A stretch of 64,000 bases of DNA, taken from assembly GCA_002269645.1 (NCBI GenBank), contig NIVC01001758.1, forward strand, positions 124,001 to 188,000. Direction: 5' to 3'. Under the pieces are notes generated by a model. It made no database searches and was not told the DNA's origin. It saw nothing but the letters and a program-made list of their open reading frames with translations. The position numbers and the translations under genes were made by a program. This DNA is from Macrostomum lignano (lineage: Eukaryota). Below, in pieces: positions 1 through 10,168 of this stretch; the stretch's first letter is position 1; every line of letters starts with the position of its first letter.

Positions 1-3000
1 ATCGAATGGTATCGGACACTTACAGAGACGCCAGTCAGCATCTGTTGCGCATCCTGTTCACCAAGTATCATTTTATTGATCACCTCAAAGCGCTGCGCCG
101 CTACCTGCTGCTTGGTCAGGGCGATTTCATCTGCCACCTGATGGACCTGCTGGAGGCGGATCTGTCCTTGCCAGCTGGCCAGCTGTACGCTCACAATCTG
201 TTCGGCATTCTTGAGACTGCTAAGCGGGCCACCAATGCTCAGTTTGAGCCCAGTTACATTATTGAGAGGTGGGCGTTGCTTGTTTTTAATTGTTTTGCTT
301 CGAATCTCTTTGCTAAGGAATCAAAATCTCTCAATAAGGAATGTCGCCTGCAAAATCGGGAGACGGGCATCCTAAAATATAAAAATCTCACCCAAGCTAT
401 CAAAATCTCACCAAAGCTACCAAAATCTCACCCAAGCTATCAAAATCTCACCCATGCTACCAGAATCTCACCCATGCTACCAAAATCTCACCCAAGCTAC
501 CAAAATCTCACCCAAATCTCCCGTTCCCGCCACACAAAATCCACAGGCTGGATGTCCGCAAGCTGGACGTGTCCCCTGGCGACACCGGCTGGGACGTGTT
601 CTCACTCTACTACAACGTAGACGGCCCATTGAGCACAGTGCTCACAGACGAATGCTTAACTTCCTATTTGCGAGCGTTCAACTTTTTGTGGCGCTCCAAA
701 CGCATGGAGCACATCCTGGCCGGGCTGTCCCGCAAGAGCGTGTCCGAGGGCCGCCGGCTGGCCGCCAGGATGCCGCGGGCTGGCGGCCTGCTGCATCGCT
801 GCCAGCTGATCGGCCACGAGATGGCCCACTTTGTGCAACAGTTCCAGTACTACGTCAGCTTCGAGACGTTGGAATGCGCCTGGCTTGACCTGCTGGCCGC
901 CGTTAAAGGAGCCTGCGATCTAGACGCCGTAATCGGAGCTCATCAGCGTTTCCTAGCAACCGTAGTCACTAGGTGCCTGCTAGACGAGCGATCTAGGGAG
1001 ATTCTCACCCAACTGCGGGCGGTGTTCGACCTTATCATCCAGTATGAGCACGCACTGGGGGCAATGTTCGATGCGCTTAGCGAGGAGGCGGCTATCCGGG
1101 ATCGGTTCGAGGATGAGACTGAGAGGGCTACCAAAGCTGGTGAGCTTATTGCTGATTTATATACATTTGGGGCTGAAGGTTTGCTAATCTATGGCTCTGT
1201 GGATTGCTAATCTATGGTTCTGTGGATTGCTAATCTATGGCTCTGTGGATTGCTAATCAATGGCTCTGTGGATTGCTAATCTATGGCTCTGTGGATTGCT
1301 AATCAATGGCTCTGTGGATTGCTAATCTATGGTTTTGTGGATTGCTAATCTATGGTTCTGTGGATTGCTAATCTATGGCTCTGTGGATTGCTAATCTATG
1401 GCTCTGTGGATTGCTAATCTATGGCTCTGTGGATTGGTAATCTATGGCTAATGAATGCTGATATTAAGTGTTAAGACGCTAAGCTACGTTGTGACTCACG
1501 ACCCAATAGCCCGAGTTGACCGTCCAACCGTGCCCCAGTGCGACGCTCTTTCCCATTTGAATATATTTCTTATAAATTAAATTATATCAAAATAAGTAGA
1601 TAACGTACGAATATACTACTACAATATTACTACTGCAATGGAAAATAATATAAATACAATATAAAACTAAGAAATTCTAAATAAAGTACAATATTCAAAA
1701 TCGAGCTATAATTTCATTACAAATGCCCTCCCTGCGAAAAATAAGCCAATGTCCTCATTATACTACTGCAATACACTAAGAGCATACATTAACCACATAA
1801 TAGATGTAATAATGTTACGGATATGATGGGAAACAGAACAACAGACTACGGAACGGCAACAATGTCAAACAGCACATTTCTAACCGAAGACAAACACAAA
1901 AATATGCGCTTGGGAAAATGCAACTGCGACACACCAGCACAGAAAGCGAATCAAATGCGCTCATAAGTTGTACACCACGACCAAGAAATGGCGGGGAAAC
2001 ATTGAGGCAACGAAGCTTCAAACCGCGGAGCAAACCAACAGGGAAACGTGACAGGGAGAAAACAGACTTGCGACTCCTGCACATGCACCTGCGGTAGCAG
2101 CTCACCTCCGCAACACAACCAAAGGAAATGCTTTAAATGTAACGGTGCATACATTAAGAATTACATATAACATGAATGAGTACTCTAAACTTGACTACAA
2201 TACATACAAGTCTGTAAATTACATATAACGAAATAGTAAACGAAATCAATCGTCAACCGATCAACATCGAGATATACGAACAACATTTACGATCATATCG
2301 AACAAAATAAATGACACAGCACATAACAGAGGAACATTATACGAACTTAGCACAAAATCGAACAATTATATGTTTTATCGAACGAAAGAAAAGCGTGCAG
2401 CAGATATCAGAAAAGAGAAACAATGCATTAATTGGGGGTTAAAATATTTCAAACGAATATTTTTAACTAGTCGACAACACGAACATGAACAACGCTATCG
2501 AAAATGGTATTTGTTTGAGGTGATAAAACAAAAGGCAAATCTACGCAGCAACGCTCAGTCAATAATCAAACACTAATCATGCAGTATTTGAAACGAGTTA
2601 ATACAAAGTCAAGCAACGAAGTTCGAACCTGGAACGAAACTAGGTTAATTACTAGCAATGGGACATAAATACATATAAATCTGACCTAATTGACTAGATA
2701 ATCCCTAACCTAAAAAACCCTAACTGACAATATTTCTAAACGCTATTAGTTGTTATGATTGTTTTAAGTGGCTCTTCTTTTGACGACTTTGCGACACTCA
2801 TTCATCAGCTTCAACCTCATCTTGCCAAAGACCTGGCAGCCGAGTTGCAGGCTGCACGACCAACTTCATCGCGCCCACGTGCACAATTTTCTTCTGGCCT
2901 CGGTCTTCACCATGACGCGAAAACTTCACTACTTCATAATTCACTGGCGAGGTCCTTCGCACCACCCGGTAAGGTCCTGACCAGGGTGCGTGGTGTTTAT

Positions 3001-6000
3001 GTGACCATCTGGAGTCACGCTGTCTGAGCGCCAGCGGCGGCGTAAATATCCATACCAACGTATTCTCAGCAAACTTAATCTTCTTCACTTTACGATCGTA
3101 AAATTTCTTTTGAATTCGCTGAACGGCCTTGGTGGTCTTCCTGATCGATTCGTACGTCTCAATCAACCGTTCTTTCGTGTCCTGAGCGAACGAAGCAGGT
3201 GTCAGGGAAGGCTCCGGCTCTCTATAAACTAAATCGATCGGCAACACCATTTCACGACCAGTCAGAACGAAGTGCGGCGTAAAACCAGTCGATGCGCTAA
3301 CAGAGCTTCGGTAGGCCATCAGGCAGTGCGGGATGACGTCCTCTCAGTTTTCGGGTTCGACTTTCTGAAGGTAGCATCTCAGCACGCCATGGAGAGTGCG
3401 ATGAAAACGCTCTACCAGGCCGTCACATTGCGGATGGAATGCTGTCGTTCGAGTTTTCTGAGTTTCGAAGATCTTACACAGGTTTCTAATGTTCTTGCCG
3501 TCAATGTTCTGCCCTCGATCCGAATGTAAAACGTGCGGCGCACCATACCGACTGATCCAGTGCGTAAACAGTGCGTTCGCAATCGTTGCGGCCTTCTCAT
3601 CGGGTAATGGTAAGAGTTCGACCCATTTACTAAAATAATCGATGATTGTCAATAATCGGTCGTTGCCGTGACGGGACGTGGCAATTTTAACGACATCGAT
3701 GGCCACTCTCTGCATCGGAAATCCTGATGGCATCGGCTGAGTGGGGCTTTGGCAGCTGACGTAGGCTTCGCCCGCTGGCACTGAATACACTCCCTTACAC
3801 ACAGGTTCACATCATCCATCATCTTCGGCCAGTAGAACCGCTGCTTTATTGCTTCTGTCGTCTTAGCCACCCCAAAATGACCTTGGGCATGAATTTCCTC
3901 GATCACCTCACGTCGTCTTTCAGACGGCAAAAATAGAACTGGTTTTGTTTTAACTAATCGATGCATAATACCATTTACGAAGCACAAATCATCAACCTTA
4001 CTCTTCAAAACAAGACTTTCTGGTGACATTTTGGCCTTTTCGTCTTCCGTTAGCAGTCTCACCTCTCGCTAGTTTTCGAAATACTGGACCAATACCACCA
4101 TTCTTTAACTGTAATGTTCTCATCGATTCTTCATCTTCCTCCATCTCAGCTTCACTACCATCACCTTCGGTGTCGGACTCTTCACCATCAGATGTGCGTG
4201 CCTCAAGCTGCTGTTTCCTTCTAGTCGCACCTACTGCATTACACTCTACCTGCTCTGTACCTACGCTATCCGTCTGACATTCTGCATCTGCCTTGCCTGG
4301 CGTCTCCGGACGACACACTTCACAAAATCTTGGACAGCGCGAAAGTGCATCTGCATTGGCATGCGTTCTACCTGGACGATGGACCACTTCAAGATCAAAC
4401 TCTTGCAACGCTTCCAGCCACCTTGCTAGCTGACCGGTTGGCTCTTTAAAGCCTAGCAGGTGAGTTATGGCAGCGTGGTCAACTATAACTTGGAATTTAT
4501 GACCTGCGAGATATGACCTAAACTTTTTGCAAGATTCTACAACTGCTAGCAGCTCTCTTCTAGTGACACAGTAATTTCTCTCTGCTGCATTTAAAGCGCG
4601 GCTGCTATAAGCAATTACTTTCTCTTGTCCTCTTTACACCTGAGACAGGACACAGCCTTTACCAAAACCACTAGCATCTGTATCTAATATAAACTGGCTG
4701 CTACCACTTGCAGTTTCAGGTAGAGCTAAGACTGGTGCCGAGGTTAGGCATTGCTTTAAAGTATTAAAACTCAGTTCCTGCTCACCAGACCAAGCAAACT
4801 GCTGGTTTTTTAGAGTGATTCGGCGCAATGGTTCGGCTATGGAGGAAAAACCTTTAATAAACCTTCGGTAATAAGATGCAAGGCCCAAGAAGCTCTGTAC
4901 ATCTTTCACCGTCTGTGGTCGAGGCCACTCACGAACTGCATGAATTTTCTCCTCATCAACAGAGATACCTTCTGGAGTAATTTTATGACCTAGGATCTTT
5001 ATTGACTTAGAAGCGAATACACATTTACTGGGCTTTAATCTAAGATTAGCTTCTTTTAGACGGCGGAAGACTTTAGCAAGGTGGTTATTGTGCTCTTCTA
5101 ATGACCTTCCCATGACTACAATGTCGTCTATATAGACTAGACATGCTTCCCACTTCAGCCCTCGCAGCACCATATCCATCAGTCGTTGAAAGGTTGCTGG
5201 AGCATTTTTCAGACCAAATGGCATGACACGAAACTGATAAAGACCGTGATGGCACAGAAATGCGGTCTTTTCACTGTCCTCTTGATCAAGTTCTACCTGC
5301 CAATAACCTGACTGCATGTCCATAACAGAAAAATAAACATTACTAGCTAGAGCATCTAAGGTATCATCAATTCTTGGCAATGGATAGGCGTCTGCCTTGG
5401 TAACAGCATTAAGCTTCCTATAATCTACACAGAATCTAAAAGTTCCATCTTTCTTTCGCACTAAGACTACAGCTGCTGCCCATGGAGATGCTGATGGAAC
5501 GATCACATTGTCTTGCAACATGCTATCTATAATCTTCTTCTGCTCATTAATCGTCAGCAAATTCGTGCATCTTAACGTCTCTTTGACCGGCAATGCACCT
5601 CCGGTATCTATCTTGTGCTTTAGCAAATCTGTTCTACCTAAGTTACCATCTGAAGCAAAGACACATTCGAACTCTTTTAAAACTCTTCCTACTTCCTCAG
5701 TCTCATCTGCTGACAAATCTTTTGAAATGTTAAACTTGACCTCACTTCCTCCCTGAGTACTTTCACTCTCTAATGAACTCTCTTTTTCACTAGCGCTGCT
5801 CGCTGCACCCTGCCTAGAATCTAAACTTTCTCCTACAATGCATACCTGACCTTTCTGATCGAATGGAGTAAACTTTCTAATACTACGAGTACTTCCTGCT
5901 CGTAGTATAAGTTCTCTATCTACGTTTACATTAGCCACTCTGGTCTACATTCCTTCCTCTCTAAGTAAATCGATACCTCTAGCTACTAATAGACCTGGAA

Positions 6001-8988
6001 CACGATGATTTGGCTCTATTAAACCTGGTGCCAAGGATGCACCTGATTCTTTAGGCTTCAGCGATAATTGAACAGTTTGACCTGGAGGAATAGATATGGT
6101 CTCTGCGACAGCAAGAAGTTGGAACTTAGGAATTTCTAAAGTTTTTCTGACTGGAATTGATTTGTTTAGGTTATTAAAAGTAATTATGCCTTGTGCTGGA
6201 TGTACAGACACGTTAAATTGCTGCATAAAGTCTAAGCCTATAACCACATTCTGTTGGACATTGCTGCAGACAAATACCTCCTGCACAAAACTAAGCTGAC
6301 CAAACGAGAAAGTGACTAGTTTCTTTCCTAAGACCTTTAGATTGTTTCCATTGGCTACTGTAAGCTGAACATCTGTTTTAGTGAGATTTGATCTAGGCTG
6401 ATTAATAATGCTGCTTGAAACTATGGTAACACTAGAACCTGTATCTACAAGACAAGAAACTTTCTTAGAAAAGACGCTAGCTGACACATACATGCCTTTA
6501 TCAAAATCTAAACTAAGGTTAATTCTCTCTACCCTACTAGTAAATTGTTCTAAATTGCATTCTTCGACTTCCTCAATTACATCCTTCAGAGCTGTGGGGC
6601 CATATGAGGTCCTGGCGGGAATCTGCCCCCTGATCCAGCCATGTTGCCGTTTGGGCAGTTCCGCTTCAGGTGTCCTGGCTGTCTGCGCTTGAAGCAAACT
6701 CTGCCAGATTGGCCTGTTGGAAAGTTTGACTGCTGTCCCTGGTGAATGTTTGGACTCTGGACTGTCATCAGATTTGGCACAGGTGCACCACTATTTGGAG
6801 GAAACCTCTGAGGTCCAATATGCCTCTGGGTTGGATTTACCTTGGATTTCTGGATAGTAGGTTCAGGTGCCTTCTGACCAACTGTTTGGCAGTACTGGGT
6901 CTGGTTACCAGCCATCAGGTTTGACTTGGACTTGGCACTGGCCTGACCTAGAGGACCCTGGCTTTGAACTAGCCTTCTTGTCTCTAAGTTTTTGGGCAAT
7001 TCTAAGAGCTTATTCTGGGGATGAAACCTCCAGCATGTTGGATAGATGCTCTGTAACCTTAGGGTCATTGACACCTAGGATGAACTAGTCAAGAATCTGG
7101 TCCTGAATAATCTGACTAAATCCATCCTCAGGATAGGCCTTGGTTGCCAAATTCTGCAAACTAGTCAAGAATTGCTCAAAAGTTTAATTGTCTTGACGTG
7201 TTCGAGTACGCAATTCTCGGCGTAATGTAGTCAAGCTCTTTTGGCTACCATGACGGCTAGACAAGAACTGCAAAAGTGAGGAATAAGTGGCAGCTGGTAG
7301 TTGGTCAAGAGGAGTACCAGAAGGCTTGCTGTGCATTGCACATTGATTGGCTAACCAAGCCTGATAGGTTAGGAAAGCAGGTCCTAAAAATGCAGCCATA
7401 TTCCTGATTTTTACTATGTCTGGCTGATTAGGGAATTTGCTAATGTAATTGTCTACTCTAGCTACAAAGGTACTAAGTTCTTCTTTGCCATCAAACATAA
7501 ATGGTTTTTGAATAGATGGCATTGGCAACTGGGACTGAACCTGTGGTAGACCTAGGTTGGCTAGTCTTGGCATCTCTACCACATTTTGTTGATTATTAGG
7601 ATTTAGGCTAAGTGGAGCCCACTCCAAGTCAGATTGGAGAAGTCTACTACTTCTTGGATAAATTAGAAGTCTAGGTCTAGCTTGTTCAGGTTGCTCTGCT
7701 TGAGCTGCAGAATTTGTCTGAGCTTGAGGCAAATCTACATGATTACCAACTAGGTCTGTATCACTCTCTCCAAATCTCTCGCCACTTGAATGATTGAGAT
7801 TACCATCATTTTGAAATTGGTTAGTAGGCAAATGATGTGCTGCAAGCATATCAATAGATTCTAACTGTGAAGGAACAACATTCTCAGAACTATTGCCATT
7901 CTGATTTTGTGACCTTTGACTTTGCCATGCAGCACTAGCATCTCCAACATCATCTGGGTTAGCATTGAGTAGAGGTTGGTGTAATTCACTACTAGGCACG
8001 GCTTGGTCAATTAGTGACTCATTTCGATTAATGGTCCGGCTTCTTAGTTCTAGAGTATCCATCACTGGACAAATGCAAGTAACAAATAAATATATGAAAG
8101 TTTATTTTATTTTAACTGTGTATGGTTATTTGACAAATGTTAAATAATAAATAATCTTACAATATAACTATTAATTGATAAATAGACCTACAAAGCTACT
8201 GCTTAACCTAATTAATAAAGCAATCTTAAAATTCTAACCAACACAGAGCATGTTACAAAATTAGATCAAAATAGCAAGTAATATTGGCCATTGGCATTTC
8301 CATTGGTATTAGGCCACTATATAAAAAATCAAATTCACAATAGAGAAGATATATTTTAATGCAACAAATATTGGTCATTAAATAAATATTATAATATTAT
8401 TGATTGATTTATATACTGTCACAGAAGTTCCAGCAGAGTCAAATATGTGAATTCTGGTCCTGGCGTGGTCGCCAATGTAAAGAAAGATTTCCCCTCTTCC
8501 CCTTTCCATGCATTTCCCCTAGCTAATAATCGTCAATCAATCATTGCACAGGTAAGTGGGGCCTCGGTGCCGAGCGCGAAGAAGCTGAACGCGCCAGGCG
8601 CCGCGTTTTCGACGACAAGTCGCTATCAAAATTCGACTCGCAGCTGAAGGTGATCCAGCAGTCCTACTGGGACCTGGTCACCAGCTTCCTGCGCAGGCTG
8701 GACTCTCACGCCGACTACAGCCTCCGCTTCCTCAGCACCCGAATCGACTTCAACGGTCATTACTCTCGCCAGGCGCCGTCCGATCGACCAAGCAAGCCGA
8801 AGGGCATGAAGCACCAGCAGCACAGGCGGACTTTCAGCGGCGCCAGCGGCTCCAGCAGCGGCGGGGCAAACAGCGACGCGGCCGGGGCTGCGGCGGCGTC
8901 TTCTGCGGCCGGCAACCGATCAGGCGCGCGTCAGGCGACAAAAATGTCGACATCAAAGAGTTCGCCGCTTGTGTCTAGCGAAGTATAA
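1..8988 (+). CDS. TUBGCP3: Gamma-tubulin complex component 3 (GCP3), 3' part; exons <1-268, 547-1139, 8552-8988
   Basis: Spliced translation contains RRYLLLGQGDFICHLMDLL, LETAKRATNAQF, R/LDVRKLDVSPGDTGWDVFSLYY, YLRAFNFLWRSKRMEHIL, G/KWGLGAE and SLRFLSTRIDFNGHY, matching GCP3 motifs as I recall them. Donors GT 269 and 1140, acceptors AG 545-546 and 8550-8551; phases 2 and 1 are consistent. Stop TAA 8986-8988. Confidence 0.93.
380..530. repeat. 20-bp minisatellite (CAAAATCTCACCCAAGCTAC) in GCP3 intron
   Basis: Tandem copies directly visible; explains the repetitive tail of ORF 6..620. Confidence 0.85.
1180..1450. repeat. 23-bp minisatellite (TGCTAATCTATGGCTCTGTGGAT)
   Basis: About 11 tandem copies starting ~40 bp after the GCP3 donor at 1140. 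Confidence 0.9.
1469..1721 (-). repeat. Putative 3' LTR of the Gypsy element (TGTAAT...TAACA on minus strand)
   Basis: Begins 3 nt after a purine tract (GCAGGGAGGGC, 1725-1735) and has TG..CA ends. There is no full second copy to confirm it. Confidence 0.5.
2798..6697 (-). pseudogene. Gypsy pol (PR-RT-RH-IN), disrupted
   Basis: In-frame stops at 5945-5947, 4634-4636 and 3344-3346 (PEN*EDVIP, expected W). Frameshifts near 4055 and 3740 join the listed ORFs into one pol. Confidence 0.92.
6586..8065 (-). pseudogene. Gypsy gag, disrupted
   Basis: ORF 7184-8065 continues in frame through stops at 7184-7186, 7085-7087 and 7010-7012. A frameshift near 6950 leads into the knuckle-bearing part of ORF 6586-7074. 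Confidence 0.8.
8457..8474 (-). promoter_or_regulatory. Primer binding site TGGCGACCACGCCAGGAC, probably for tRNA-Arg(UCG)
   Basis: 18 nt starting TGG, 1 nt after ...TTACA. The complement GTCCTGGCGTGGTCGCCA resembles the 3' end of metazoan tRNA-Arg(UCG) as I recall it. Confidence 0.75.
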
Positions 8989-10168
8989 TTGCAAGCTTAT
9001 TTATAGATGATTGAGATGACATCAGCATGGACAAGTTATGTAAGACGGTACCATTCGTTTCTCAGAAAAGCTCCTATCATAGCAGTGTATTTCTAAGAAA
9101 TGGTGTGCGCGCGTCCTCGCTCTACTTTTATAACAATTCCTAACCGACAAGACTGTGGCTAACCATCGCATTTGCGCGCTTGTGTTTCCTTAATTTACCC
9201 CTTCCCTCCCTGAGATTTCGATATACACGGAAGTTCATTGTGTACTTATTTATTTATTCTATTATTATTGTTATTATTTGAATTTATAGGGTCACATGCT
9301 AAACAGCTCTACTGTAAGTAACATATAAGTAACATTTAATGAGCATTGTGCCGTGACGTTTCGCTCTTCAGTCCTGTTTTTATCAAATCGGTACGGGCTG
9401 TGTCTACCGGAATAGGCGGAGCCTATGTTGTATCATATCATTGTGCTGCGCTGTGTCTATTGTTCAACCAATGGCTTTTTGCTCCACTAAATTCTTAACA
9501 TAACCCGACCAGACTACTTGTAGTAGTGTGTAAAAATGTGCGCGTCTACTAATAGTTGAATTCATCATATTAAAAATATTATCTAATTAAAAATACGGCT
9601 CTGCTCGACCGTTACAGGTGCTCGGCGAAATTTTAAATATTTTGTCTACTAAAAGCAAAAAATTTGGTTTCTGTTCAATTCGTGTTTCATTTGCCAGTAG
9701 TAAGTAAGTACGAGAAAAACAAAGAATACAGCGAATGCTGCGGCAACATGATTGGTTAAAAAGCAGTATATGTTCATAGCGAGCATTAAGTGGCAATTGG
9801 CTAGCAGATTTTGTTAGAATATTTCCAGTATATTTATTTATATATAAAACGGTAATAAAACAATAGCAAGGCAAAACCAGTCAGTAAGAGCACTAATAGC
9901 ACTGTGTTTGAATACAAGAAAAATTTCTTTACACAAAAAACACTCCATCCCAGAGAGAATCAATTATATAAATCTTATATATCTGCTTAGATAAAATGTA
10001 AACTATTAGTTAATCTATCATGCTTTGGAGGGGAGTAAAATTATGAATAATAATGATTATAATAAGCGATGACTAGCAGGTTGGTTAATTTAATTGTGTT
10101 TTTAGCAATTACAGAATACTTCATTGAATAGGAATCGTTGATCGCACAAAAGAAACGCCGAAACAATC

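Larger units (their letters stand above)
1469..8483 (-). mobile_element. Ty3/Gypsy LTR retrotransposon, defective, antisense in GCP3 intron
   Basis: Minus strand order is PBS, gag (degenerate knuckle CFKRRQPGHLKRNC), protease (LVDTGS), RT (LPRIDDTLD, MPFGLKNAPATFQR, YIDDIV), RNase H (LDTDAS), integrase (GHFG..YWP..C..C; VAID, HSDRG, VERFHRTL; WSGPYRV). The PR-RT-RH-IN order is diagnostic of Ty3/Gypsy. Confidence 0.95.

Noticed and set aside
269-620. C-terminal half of ORF 6..620
   Set aside because: Intron read-through; GCP3 homology stops at the donor at 269 and resumes in another frame at 547.
1490-8423. TGTGAC...GTCACA as termini of the retroelement
   Set aside because: Only 6 bp, and the PBS lies outside it.
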